Assembly: GCA_013265495.1 (NCBI GenBank)
Contig: MU061814.1
Location: 6,079,684 to 6,143,683, forward strand
DNA length: 64,000 nt
Reading direction: 5' to 3'
From: Vicugna vicugna
Taxonomy: Eukaryota
The stretch's first letter is position 1. Each line of letters begins with the position of its first letter. Below are positions 12,071 to 24,900 of the stretch, one piece after another. Below the pieces are notes generated by a model. That model saw only the letters and a list, made by a program, of their open reading frames with translations. It had not been told where the DNA came from and made no database searches. Both the position numbers and the translations under genes were made by a program.

Positions 12071-14658
12071 CACATCAATGTAAATTTTTTTTTTAGTTTT
12101 CTTAAAAAGAAAGCTGACGAGGCTTAACAAGGCAGAAGACTATTTCCTAGGATTTTAAGTCTGACACGCGCTGTAACTTGAAGCGTCACCTCTAACACTC
12201 GTGCTCTCCGCCACCAAGAGAAACAGTCTGCGTGGGAAGTAAGTGGGAGCAAGGCCTGCTCTCCAGCAGCTCGACGGTCGCTGCTTGTCTTTCTGCCTTT
12301 TTACTTTGAAACACTTTCCAGCCTCAGGAAAAGTTACAGTAGTAATTCAGAGAACTCTCATCTACCCCTTAAACCAGATCCGTGATTTTTTAACACTTTG
12401 CAACATTCTTTTACATCCAGTAACTGCTGGAATCAGTCTCCGTGAAAACAAGAGAAGGCACCCACTTCAGATGCTGCCTGAGAACCGCTGGTGATGCGGA
12501 ACCTGGGCCTGGACCCCACGCGGCGGCAGAAACACGTGTCCATCACCTCTTAGGCTGGCGGCAGGCAGGGAGCACCACGGACGGACGACGGACGCAGGGG
12601 CCTGCGCTAGTGTTTGCCCGGCACAGCAGAGTCTCAGCCAGCCAGTCGGACGTCTCCAAGGACCCGCTCTCATTTCTGCAAAGGCCTTTCAGACGGTGAA
12701 CACTCGTTAGATGCCGAGTAAGTGAGGGCTGGTGGCCGGCTGCTGAGAGAATGAAGAGAGCTGTCCGAGCAGGAGGCAGACAGGGCGGCTCCTCTGACAC
12801 AGGCGAGTCCAGCCTCCACCACTCGGCAACCCCCTGCCTCGGGATCATCCAGTCCTGGGCTTCCCCGTGGCATCGGTGGCATCGGTGGCATCAACGACAC
12901 GGCAGTCCCAGGACCGACCAGGCTTCAGCAGTGAACAGGCCACACTGCCCCGACACCCCCACAGGGGCCAGCGGGCCCCTGACTGAGGGGCCGATGCAGC
13001 ACCAGCTGGGGGCACAGGCCAGCCCAAGGGGCCCGAGACAGGGGCGGAGGATGGACACAGGAGACCAAGGTGGGGCAGACCTGGCCAGGGGCCCCGGCAT
13101 GGGGGTCACGTGGACTGCTCGGAATCAGCTGGGTGCTAGCTCAGCGGGTGCTGTAGGTCCCAGGGGACAGGGTCCTAAGGGGAGAATCCCGGGGAGGGGG
13201 CCCTGAGGGAGGGTCCTGGGGGAGAGGCTTGGGGGAGGGCTTCTGGGGCAGAGGCCTTGAAGAAGGGGCCCGGGGGGAGTCCTGGGAGGCCAGGCTCGGG
13301 GCACCCTGCCCCACTCCCACGTCTGCCTGGGGAAGCCCCTTCTGCCAGGTGCGGGCTGGGACAGCCCCCAGGTGCTGTAAGAAATGAAAGGACAGACCTG
13401 GGAGCTGCCACTGACTTGGGGACTTGTGGGGAGATGTACCAGGGAGGGCTGGGGGCACACAGGGGCTCCCCAAACCCGCCCTATTGACAAGTGTCCACGG
13501 CCCACGGGGAGGGCCCCCCCGACCCAGACCCCTCCTGAGGCTTCACCGTCCCTGGCACAGAATGGGGCGGCACAGTGCTGAGGGGTGGGCACCTCTGTGT
13601 GAGGACAAAGCCCTGCAGGGTCTTGGCCAGGAAGCGAGCATCCTTCTGGAGCACATCTTGTGTGCTTGAGTCACAGGGGTGCTCCAGCTTTACTCCAGTT
13701 CTGCTCTGGGGCCCCTACCCCAAGGAGACAACCCCGACACACTGAGGATAAACAAGCCCCAACTCAGAGGAGCAGCAGTGCCGCTGACATGGGCACCGGG
13801 ATGTTTATGGGAAAGAAGGGGGAAATCAGAGCAGAGAGCAGGACCGAGCGTGTGCTCAGACCCCTTCCCCTCCCAGCAAGCCCCTCACTCACAAAACTCA
13901 CAGGTGAGAGGCGTGTCCACCACACGCTTGCACGGGGCAGGAGGACACCAGGGAACTAGCGCCCAGGAGGCAGAATCCAGCATCACACGAGAGACCCCAC
14001 ACTTCCTCTCCTTCTGGGCCCCTAACGCAGGTGGTAGGGATCACACGGTGTCTGTGCTTGACCTTCACCAACTTGAAAAGGATGTTTCAACTGAAAGGAT
14101 GGCAGATCGTCCACCCCCTCAGGCCCCAGACCCCACATGGACGCTGGCTGCGTGGATGTGAACACAGTCTCACGCGGAAAACCTCAGGCTGTCGTGAGGC
14201 CGGGTACCCCCCCGGGGGGGCACAGGCGGCTCCTTCCTGCCCCCTCCCCTGCCCTGGGCCCACCAGCACCGAGGCTCTGGCTCTGACTTCTAACGAGAAA
14301 AAGGACAGTCCCCGTGGGCCCGGGGCACAAGCAGCACTCTCTCCACAGGTGTTTCCCGGGGCCCTGGAGGAAGGCGTGGTGCGCGGGGGAGGGGACGGCC
14401 AAGTTGTGCCACCTAGCAGGTTCCCTTAAATATGGTGACGTCGTTGACTGGTGTCCAGGAAAGCCGGCAGCAGCTCCCCTTCCCACCGTGACCTCCGGCT
14501 CTGCCAGAGCCCGTCTTTTCCTCGAGGGACGGGGAAATTCTAGGATCAAACCCTACGTCACTCAGCCATGCATATATTTCATCAGCTGCCACTGGCACAG
14601 TGGCGGCCAGCTCAGCGTCTCAGCCCGAGTGTCGGCTGTGCGTGAAAATGACTTATGT

Positions 14659-14798
14659 GGGGGGGTGACAGTTCAGGGGCGGAGCACACGCCTCGCGTGC
14701 CCGAGGTCCTTGGATCAGTCCCCGTTGCCTCAACTAAAAATAGGTAAATAAATAAATAAGCCTAATCTCCCCCCCAAAGAATAAAAACTTAAAAAAAA
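14659..14798 (+). mobile_element. tRNA-derived SINE
   Basis: GGGGGGTGACAGTTCAGGGGCGGAG...GAGGTCCTTGGATCAGTCCCC, (TAAA)n, CCTAATCTCCCCCC and an A tail. Confidence 0.82.
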
Positions 14799-16644
14799 GG
14801 ACTTATCTGGGGGAAAAAAATCTAAGGTAAGTTAGTTCACATTAAAATATTTAAAATATTTAAATATTTATTGCAAAAAAGTTACTTTAAAACGACTTAA
14901 AATTATGTTAAAAAAGATGTTCTTCCACTTTATTAACGGATGGCAAACCTAAAATTTTTAAATAAAACTTACACAGGTGATAATTATTTTCTAAACTCCA
15001 CGTCCGTCTCCTTAACAAAAGGTGCACATACCTGTACGAGCAGGCGCCAAACAGAAAACCATCAGAAATCCCGAAGCAGACGCCACCGCCACACTTTGGG
15101 TGCTGAGCACACGGCACTCGGGTCCCTGAGACACGGAAGGAGCCACGCCCACCCTCACCTGGCCCTCCCAGCCCCTCGCAGGAGGACAGGCCAGGGCTGC
15201 TTCTGGGCCCTGGACGCCACCAGGCAGACCAGCACGTGGGACCAGCAGCTCCGACTCTTCAACACAGCACAGAACTGAGTGAAGGGAGATTTCAGAGGCA
15301 TCTGCGGACTCAACCAGATCCAACTCAAGGCAGCCAGCAGTAAAGACATGGGCAGTCTCCCACCCCAAGTCCACACCGGGGACCCTACGGAGGGTCACGG
15401 CTGCGTGTCGGCCATGCCAGTGAAGCCGAGGAGGGCGAGACGGAGTGTCTGTGATCTGCTTTAAAATCGTCCAGAGGGAAAAACAGAAGGAGACGCGTGA
15501 ACGGGAAGAGAGCCGCTGGGGGTGACTGCTGCTGGTGAAGGAAACACCCTCCCAATTCTGGGTCTGCCCGAAAACTTCCAAAGTAAGATCCGAAAATACA
15601 AGCAGGTCACCAAAGAACAACACGCCTTTCACAGACTGGGGAGCACGTGCAACTGAGCGAGGCAGGGGCTGGAGGAGGCATCTGGTCCCGCAGCCCTCGC
15701 CTCCCGGGCTGTGCGGGCCCGCGGCAGGGGGAGGCACAGCCCTACGGTCTGCAGAGGGCCCGCCTCCTCCCACACATCAGGCAACAGCCGTTGTTTGCGG
15801 GCTGACCTCGGGGTGATCGGAGTGACAGCAGCAACCCTGGCCTCCCGAGGGTGCGGGCCCTGGGGCCATCAGATGAACAGCATCTCTCCTGGCAACCCCG
15901 GGACCCACGGGGAGGGACCACACCTGTGACTGCGGACGACACGCTGGGGACCGCAGCCACACCCATACCCCCAGCCCCGCAGGGACCAAGGACCCCCCGC
16001 AGCCATCACGGCCTCAGACTCGGACTTTCAGACCAGCTGCTTCAGGACACTATCTGGTGTGAGGGGAAGTTCCCCATGTCGCTGTAGTGTGAGAGCTCTA
16101 AATGGGAAGACTGCGTCTCAACAGTTGATACCCTTCGTGTTCCTGTGTGTCCTGGCGTTAAAAACGCCACCCTGAAAAGGGGCCTCAGGTCTCACCAGCT
16201 GCCCGAGGGGGAGGAGGGTCCAGGTCTGACGGGGGTGGGGCAGGTGGGCACACGTGCACACAGCAGTGCAGGGGGCAGTAACCACTCGCCCACAGCCCCT
16301 GGACCCCTGGGGCTCAGCCCCCCTCCCCACCACGCCTCCCTCCAGGCCCCCCGTGTCCCCCTCCTGGGCAGGGGCTAACTTCTGTCTGTGCTCCGTCGCT
16401 TCCCCTCTGGGGACATGTGACCCAGCAGAGCAGGACCTCGTGGGCTGCCGTGTCCCCAGGCCGAGACCCCTGCTTCCCGCAGGTCTGCCGGGTGCTTGCT
16501 GATACGGCGGTCACCGGCCACATCTGCTATGCCATCCAGGGAAAGGCGGGCGTGAGGCGACAGGTGATGGATGGAGAGCCTCAGTAAATGCTGGCACTGA
16601 GAAATAAAGGTGGAAACGTGTCCAGCAAACCCCAGCTCTAATGG

Positions 16645-17068
16645 TGCTGTGGGTGAAACCACGCCCCCGCTCCCCCAGAAGATACGACCAAGTCCTCCCT
16701 ACGGGTGCCTGGGAACGTGACCTCATCCGGAAATGGGGTCTTTGCGGATGTAATCAAGTTAAAATAGAGTCGCTCTGGTGGACCTGATTCAGAATGACCG
16801 GTGTCCTTATAAGAAGAGGGAAACCTGGACACCAGGGGCCAAGGCCATGGGAACGGACAGGAGACTGAGGGATGTGTCTCGGCCAGCAACACCCAGGATG
16901 GCCAGCAGCTCAGAAACTGGACGAGGCAGGAGAGGTCCTCCCGGAGCCTCCGGGCGGGTGGCCCACACCTTGAGCAGGCCTTCCGGCCTCCAGAATAAAT
17001 CCCTGTTGTTTTACGGGGGCAGGTTTGTCGTACTTCGTTATGACAGCCCCGGGAACCTTTTAAAACAG
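16645..17068 (+). mobile_element. MLT1-type solo LTR relic
   Basis: GGAAATGGGGTCTTTGCGGATGTAATCAAGTTAA; GACCGGTGTCCTTATAAGAAGAGG; CCTCCAGAATAAATCCCTGTTGTTTTA; GTTATGACAGCCCC. Confidence 0.85.
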
Positions 17069-20000
17069 CAACCTAAGTCACAGTGACTGCAGGAAGGGCC
17101 CCAGATCTGCGTGGTCCTGTGCACCAGGCCCACCCTCGTCCGACTCAGGAGTGTGGGCGAGGTAGGAAGATGCATCTTTATGAAGCTCTCAAGGGCTTCC
17201 GAGATGAGCGCCACTGACGCGGTCCACCCGCCACCCAAGAGACACGTGGCGAAGCCGCTCGTGTCCGGACCCTGGAAGGGCTTCACAGCACGTGGCTCCA
17301 CCTCGCCTCCGCACCTGGGCCAGGGCGCGCATCCCCACCCGCCGCGGGCTACTCAGGGGAACGTGGGAGTGCACGTCCTGTGCCAGCAAAAGAGGTGAAG
17401 CCGGGCACCCGGGTGGCTCTGCAGGGAAGCATGGACCTGGCACGCCCACTTGCCGCAGCTGCACCCTGGGCGGCTTCCGGACGACGGATGGACAAACCAG
17501 TGTCTGTCCTAACAGCTACACGTCCGTCTCAGTGTCTACCAAGAAAACTACACCCACGGCACCAAACTCATGATTTCTCGACTATTCTTGCTTCTCAAGA
17601 CCAAGCAAAAGAAATTTATGAGTGAGGTCGGTGGGATCCCCAGTGTCCAATCTGGGCAGAGCTCGGGGAAGCTGAAGAGACGGTGCCCGCCCTGCTGGCT
17701 TCTCCAGGCACCACGCGTCTGCCGACCTCAGAGGAAGACACCTCGTGTTTGAACCACCTCCCGACCCTCTGCTGGAGAGGATTTGCCAGACGCGGTGAAG
17801 GCGCATCTCCTGGGCTGACCTTCCCGATCTGCTTCTCCCTGGAAGTACTCCCAGCTCAGCGCATCCTGAGCTCCCAGCTGGTCGCACAGGAACCACCGTC
17901 ACTGCGGTACTGCCGCTGTCGGAAACGTCTAGCCACCTCTGCTCAGGGGTCCTGGCAGGTGGGGTTTCCACCTGGTGCAGAATGTGAAGCAGCAGGTGAC
18001 TGAGAAGCCAGACCAGGGAGGAGAAGGAAGGAAGCTGCAAGAGCGCCTTTCCACAGCCTACTGCTTCCCACACTGTCCAGTCCAGCTCCGTGACTGGGCG
18101 GAGAGGGACATCCAAGGACAGTGTCGTCTGGTCCCTCTTTGTTCTACCCATAACGTAAGAAAAAACAAGAAAAGTCAGCATCTCCAGTGTTAAAGGCCCC
18201 TTTCCTCAGGCCCCAGTGGGCCCATCACTGACCCCACAGAGGCCCATCACTACCCACTTCTGAAAAGTTCTTCAAAACACTCTGAGGTTGAGGAGAAGAT
18301 CTTCCCACAAAATAAAAGTGATGAAGTCCCAGTGCTCCTATACCATCATAGGCCATGGAAGACCACCACATCCTTGTGGAGCAAACATGAACTTCCTGCT
18401 CATGGAGCGACCCACGCACAACCAGAAGCGAAAGCAAAAGTGACAGCAGGTGGCAGCGGGCGCAGGGAAACAGCACGGCCATGAACGGGACTGTTCAGAG
18501 AGCAAGGCGCGGGCTGCCCCCCAGGGGCTCTGCCTGCCTGGCGGAAGCTCGGCTCTTTCGAAGTTAATGCCCATGTGGCTTTGTGTCCAGACTCCTTTGG
18601 TTTCCCTTCAGAAACTAAAAACTAGAAATGGACACACCGTCGGGAACAGCCACCTCAAACCACGAGGATGATCTGGGAAACCTTCAGGATGTGAGGAGAC
18701 CCCGGGCTCTCCCAGGATGGCAGGAACACGTTTCCTCAGCTCTCTCTCCTCCGAGAATCTTTATTCAGGGAAATAACCGCCTTCAACGTTTAGTCGGTAG
18801 TGAAATCTCATCACTAGCATTTTTAGAAGCCAGTGGATGAAGCACTGGTCTGTAGGCTCTGAAACGGGCAGCAGAGAACACGCACTCAGGCCACCAGCCA
18901 ACAGAAGCCACCCTGAGGTGGTTTTCACGGGATGCGGCAGGGAACCAAAGAGCAGAGAGCTTCTGTCCCACCTCTCTGAGTCTGAGTGCCCTGAAGCAAC
19001 CCTAGACCCCTGCCAGGGGGGCTCCACCCTGTTTGAGGGACAGGCCCCGAATGAGAATGTGTCAAAAGCTCTGGGACCTCTCCCCAACCCTGGGGTCTGG
19101 GGCCCTCGGGCCCCAAGAGAAGAATGCAGAAAGGCCCTTGGTGCTTTAACCCCAGGAGCTCCCTGGCCAGCCAACGTAGGGCTCGGTCCCACGTGGCCCA
19201 GCAGTGTCCCCCACCTGGTCCCTGGATCTGAAGACCCACTGTAAAGTCAACGGCTGCTGTTTGGGAAGAAGCTGAGCAGCACAGATCTGAGGGCACAGAC
19301 CTGACGGCACGTGGGACCTGCCCATCAGTGGGGGTGGGGCGGGAGGAGGCGGGCCGCATCCTGGGCTCCAGGCCCCAGCCCTACAGCTCTGCCCCATGAG
19401 GCCACTTGCTGCCGCCCCCGAAACAAGCATCCTGTCCCTGTGTCCCGCTTCCCGTCGTGACCTCTCCTCCTCTCGGGACCAGAGCGCGTGCACCGGCAGG
19501 CCTGCTCCACTTTCTGCTCAGAAGGGCGGATGTGGGCCACGGAGCCAGCCGCGGGGCTGGTGAGAACAGCTGGATCACGCTGGAAAAGCAAGCGGGGTTT
19601 TAAGCACAGACGGGAGGGTGCAGGTGACACAAAGCCGCCCTGTGAGAGACCAGGGGTTGGGCATGTCTCAGGCCAGCGTGCCCACTTCCCTCCAACGGGC
19701 GCAGGAGTCTGGGCCTCAGAACCACCTTGGGAGTCAAGTCTCTGACTCGACCTTGCCGGGAGCATAGGGGACACCGCTGGTCCGGGCACTGCAGGGCGAC
19801 CTCGGCCTAGGAGCCGGGCGCCCCGTGATCCTGGGCCACTGCCTGCGCAGGCAGCTTGCTTCCCGCCTCTACGGGAACTACTGCTTCTGTCGACATTTTC
19901 TGAACTGTCTTTGAACTTCCCAAGTAAAAGGAAACTGCTGCTCAAAAGCTTCATTCCTTCGAATGGGATGAGATGAGAAAACAAAATACACCCGTTTAAG

Positions 20001-22130
20001 GTGTGAACAGACCGCACCAGACACAAAGGCCCGCAGAGGGCAGCGTCTCCAAGGCCCGTCCGAGGCGCCTGCCCGACACGCTTCCACCGAGGCGCCGCCT
20101 TCCACTCGTCCACCCGAGTCCCGCCACACGACCTCCCTCCGCCTCTGGGGCCTGCAGCACAACCGGAACCACACCCCACACACACTCGTCTCCTCCGGTC
20201 CTCCGGGGCCACCCTCACAGTGGCACCCCCATTGCCCCATCTACCCTCTCACTGTGACCGCCTCCCCGAGCACTCACAGCGGGCCGACTGGTGGGTTACA
20301 AGAGTGTGTTTCCAGAAAGCCCGTCTGTCTGCATCACCCCACACCATTCCTGTGTAACTCAGGGCAGCCAACCTTTGTACGTGGGGGATCACTCCTGGGA
20401 CGTCAGTCTGGAGAGCAGCGAGTCCACACTGCAGACAGGTAAGTGGCTGGCGGGGGGGATTCTCGCTGGGCTCTCCGGGCCCTGGGCATGGCCGGATGAC
20501 TGCGTCAGAGTGGAGCCGCGGAAGCTCACAGGTCACACCCTCCGTGCTCTGAGAGGGCGACCTGCCCAAAGCAAGTGTCCCCCTTCCACGAGGCAGCCGT
20601 GGCTGCTGCAGATTCTCAGCCCAAGAGGGCTGCTCCACGGAGGAGGATGACCCCCGGCCTTGGGCCTTCTCGCAGCAAGACCATGTAACCAGAGGGAGAT
20701 GAAGCGGCTATGGAAGCAAAACCTTACAAAGAAGTGCCTCGACCCGCAAGTAGCAGTGCTGCCTGCCTTACGTAAATAAGGACATCTGAGAATCAGTCAC
20801 AAATGCGGATCTTTCCAGAGAAGGACCGCACACCTGTCCCACAAGGTGATGCAGTGACGAGGTGCCCCTCGGGGACCAGGAACAGGACTGCTTCACTGAG
20901 ACTTCCCCCAAAAGATGAAGCGTGCTCTGTGACCCTGGATGTTTAGGATGGAATTTGTGTGCTGAATCAAGACCTTTGGAAAGCATCGCTTGAAACTAAA
21001 TCACTTCTCACACCCACCCCCCACAGCCAGTCAGCCCCCCAAAGCTGCCTGGCCCCAAGGGTCCTGCCCTCTCACTTGCTATCCACTCTCTGCAAAGCAG
21101 AAGTTAGGACAGAATTCGCTCCCCAAGTGCCAGGACCAGGAGCTGGTACTGTGGGTCCAACGCTGGACTGGGGAGGGGTCTGCAAGGACACCCTTTCCCT
21201 CCAATAGTTCTTAGAGACTCAGACGTGCCCCACCACCACCACCATCCTGCTCCGAGATCTCACTAGCATTTGTCACCCACAGTGGGTCACATCAGTGGTT
21301 CCTGTATGCCCCCCACCCTGGCCCATCCCAGGAGGTCACCGGCCCCTCTGCAGGAACTCTGTCCCCAGTCTGGCCCGCAGGCTGGTCTACAGCAGGGCTT
21401 CAAATATGCAGTCTCTGTCAGGAATAGAAACTCCGTGAGTATCTGCCCAGCACGACTAGAAAGACACAACAGCTCTGTAAATGCTGCTGAAAATACGCTA
21501 ACATCATTTTCCGACTTTCTAAAGAGCTTAGGTCACTGACTTTTTAAGGCCAAACAGTGATGTTTTAAAATATTTAGTCATTTAAAATCTAAATAAGAGT
21601 TAAGCAGCATGGCTGATACAGAACGGAACACTGCGTAAATCACACTGACATCAAATCTGACAGGTCTGGCTTGTTTTTATCCTTTACTAGAACAACTTTT
21701 TAGTTTGTTGGGAACTTTTCCATGATGCCCCCACCTGTGGACAGTACCACCATACATATTCTGCCATCACCCGCACATCGGAACAGTAAGCCCCAACTCA
21801 TGTGTCAAGTGCATAAAGGCAGAGAAGAGAGAAAGCCTGGACACCCCTGCGGTCCAAGACCCCAGCTGTACTGGCCGCGCCAGAGCCAAGAGCGGAGGAC
21901 ACGTGCCAAGATTAAGATAAGACAACTGTGTATCAAAGACGAAACTGAGTCTTGCGGCCTCAAGAGAGATTTTCAATCATCCATTTATTCTGACGAGTTA
22001 GGCCCTTCAAGCAAACTTGTGGTGACAGAAGAATCTTTCTTGCTCAGGGGATGGGGCAGATTCACAAGGGAATTCTTGACAACCTACCATCACTCAACAG
22101 ACTTTAAAATCTGCTAAATCAGAGAGAAGA

Positions 22131-22265
22131 GAGGGCAGGGTACAGCTCAGTGGTAGAGTGCACACCTAGCACGCATGAGGTCCTGGATTCAATCCCCAGT
22201 ACCTCCACTAAGTAAATAAATAAATTAATTAAATTACCTCCCCCATCAAAAAGAGAGAGAGAGAA
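22131..22265 (+). mobile_element. tRNA-derived SINE, well preserved
   Basis: GGGTACAGCTCAGTGGTAGAGTGC...GAGGTCCTGGATTCAATCCCCAGTACCTCCA, (TAAA)n tail; possible AGAGAGAA target-site duplication. Confidence 0.92.
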
Positions 22266-24540
22266 AGCCTACATTTTTATGAGAACACGAAGCTCCCAGA
22301 GCAGGGGCCAAGATGGAGGAGCAGTGGTTTCTAGAATTCTCCACCCACTTTAACGCAGCAGCCAAGAGGGCACCTGAGCACCTAAGACATCGGCAGAGCG
22401 AGGAATTAGCTCAAGTTCACGGCTCCCCGGGCCCGCTGCAGACCTGCACAGACAGTTGTGCGGGTGCTCTCAGCTGGTCGAAGGCCTCTGGTAGAGAGCA
22501 GAACAGACCGCACGGCTGCCCCAGAAACACAGACCCCCGGGACACCGTGGCCCACTTTCCCTTAATTTGAAAAACCCCACATAAGGACAATGTTGGAAAG
22601 TTGTTAATACTTGGTTCAACATGTTTGCAAATAACACATCGTCTGACTGTAGAAGTCCTGGGAGCTGCCTCACCCATTCTCAGTGCTGACCACACCTTCC
22701 AGTGTGAATGTGTGACCTACGGCAGCAAGGTGTCACCCTGACCTGGATAACTGAGTCGGGACTTGGAGCATCCCAGAGGGTTGGTGCCCCCGCAGCCACC
22801 AGTCTGCCAATTCCGAACGTCAGATACAGGATGTGGACAAACAGCTCATTTTCAAACACAAAACAGCTAAACCCGAACAGCAATTATCTCACCTAATCAA
22901 AACCAAATTCTTACACCCAGGATGATGTCAGTGAGGCCCACTTACATGTCATCCGGAGACTGGCTTCCAGGAAAGGATGAATTTTTGGTTTATCCTAAGG
23001 TAAGTACTTTCCACCACTTCCTAAAGAGAACTCTCGCAACAACCCTCCCCCAAACACACACACCTTCCCTTCAGTAAAGGGAATGAAAATAATTATCAAG
23101 AGGGCACACTGTCTAAGTTCCTACTTAAATCCAGTAACTTCTGCTTCAGATCACTCACTCCTTTCCAGAATAGCAAGGTGTCCAAAGTTTTAAGTTCAAA
23201 ATGTACCAAGTGGAAGGGTTCTACTATGAGAGAATTCTGTTGTCTACTTCATTATTCATGCGAAAAACCCTTCTAAAAATGTCCCTTTCGGGGAACAAAC
23301 TATTTCCCACTCTCGGAGAGAGTGCCTTGCACAGGCAGCACACAGGCCAGCAACAGAGTGAATCCAGTCTGTTACCCAAAAGGGAAGTTAGCTTTGATAA
23401 GAAATCCATTATGAAAGATTCTACAACAGATATAATTAAAGCGCACACTAGGGCTCCGCACAGGTGTCTGCGCCCAGTCGTTTCGCTAAACGTGTGGTCT
23501 AATTAGCATTTCTGTACACAATGCTGATAACGATCTTGCCTCCGTAATCCGCGACAAATACGTCGCTGAGATTGTAGCTCGGAAAGCGTGAGGAAATTCG
23601 CTGAGAATCTCAGTCAAACTTTCTTTTGTTTGTATTTCCTCGGTGTCAGAAAATACCAGCTCTTCACCCATTTGGTTTGCACCCAGGCTCCTCGGTCCAG
23701 CCCTATTGTGCGTGGTCCGTTAAGCCCGTAAGTCGTGAATTTGTTAACAGAGCTGGAGGGACCCCAACTAGCCAGAATCCTCGTCCTGGTGCAGAAATCC
23801 CCCATTTGCCATCGGGATTGAGTTGTCAGACAGGGACTCGCGCTACCCTGTGAAACTGACATGTCTATTTACAGAGAAACAAAGACGCGGCTCGCGGCGG
23901 ACCCTGCTCCCTCCGCGCGCCCCGTCCGCTCCGCGCGCCCCTCGCCGCTCTGCGCGCCCCGTCCCCTCCGCGCTCCTCTAGCCGCCCGGCCTTGAGGCCC
24001 CCGAGCCCGGATCAACCAGTAATTAAAATGGAGACGAGGCTGGTGCCTGGCTTTAGGGGTAGACAATGACCCCCAAGGCCCGGCGGGGCGCGGGGACCCG
24101 CCGCGCCCACCTCCCGCAGTTCCGACTCTTGGCAAACTCGGCGCGGGCGGCTCCGGGTGCGGCTCGGCGGCGCGGGAGGGGGGCAAGCAGGGAGGCGCGG
24201 GCGGGGGGCGCCAGGACGCCCCCGGGCTGCCTCCTGGGGACGGCGTTGACGCAGCAGAAATTACCAGCTGGAAAATTCCCCTTTCGGAGGTGACGGGGGA
24301 GGAACCGCGGCGGCGGTGGCGGCGGCAGGAGGCGCCGAGGGATAGGGGGCGCGGGGCAGCCCCGTCGCCGCCTCCGCCTCCGCGCTCAGCCCCGCGGGGA
24401 CCCCGCGTCTCCCTCGCCCGCCCCGCCCAGCCGCGCCACCCAAGCACGGGTACCGGCGGGGGCCAGGCCGGGGTCGCTATCGCCACCCCGGGAGCCGCAG
24501 CCGGGCGCGCCGATCGCCGCCGGGAGGGCGCCCCCGCGGG

Positions 24541-24553
24541 NNNNNNNNNNNNN
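24541..24553. other. N gap, 13 nt
   Basis: Run of N in the CpG island. Confidence 1.
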
Positions 24554-24688
24554 GGGGCGCGCGGGGCCGGCGGCGGGGGCGCGCCCCGGCTCGGAGTGGC
24601 CCCGGCCAGGAGCGGCCCGCCCGGCTCGAGCCCCGGCCCCGCTGCGATGTGCCAGCCCGGCCGCGGACAATGAGCCGGCGCCGCTTAC

Positions 24689-24900
24689 CTGTGACCCCAT
24701 GGGGCGCGGGCGCGGGCAGGCGCCGCGGCCGCCAGACCAGCGCCGGTGATCGCCGCGGCCGCAGGGCGAGCGCTGCGTCCGGGCGGGTCCGAGCTGCGCG
24801 CTCGCCTCGGTTGCTGTGTCCGTCTGTCCGTCCGTCCGTCCGTCAGGCCGGCGCGCGCCCCCGCGCCGCTCCAACCCCCCGGCCCCCGCCGCCCGCGCGC
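24689..24900 (-). other. ZBTB46: ZBTB46 non-coding exon 1 (5' end uncertain, TSS in or near the 24901-24999 N gap)
   Basis: Strong minus-strand donor CACAG|gtaagc at 24689/24688 inside a CpG island, upstream of and in the same orientation as the coding exon. Confidence 0.75.
24818..24844. repeat. (GTCC)n tetranucleotide run in ZBTB46 exon 1
   Basis: gtccgtctgtccgtccgtccgtccgtc, about 6.5 units with one variant. Confidence 0.85.
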
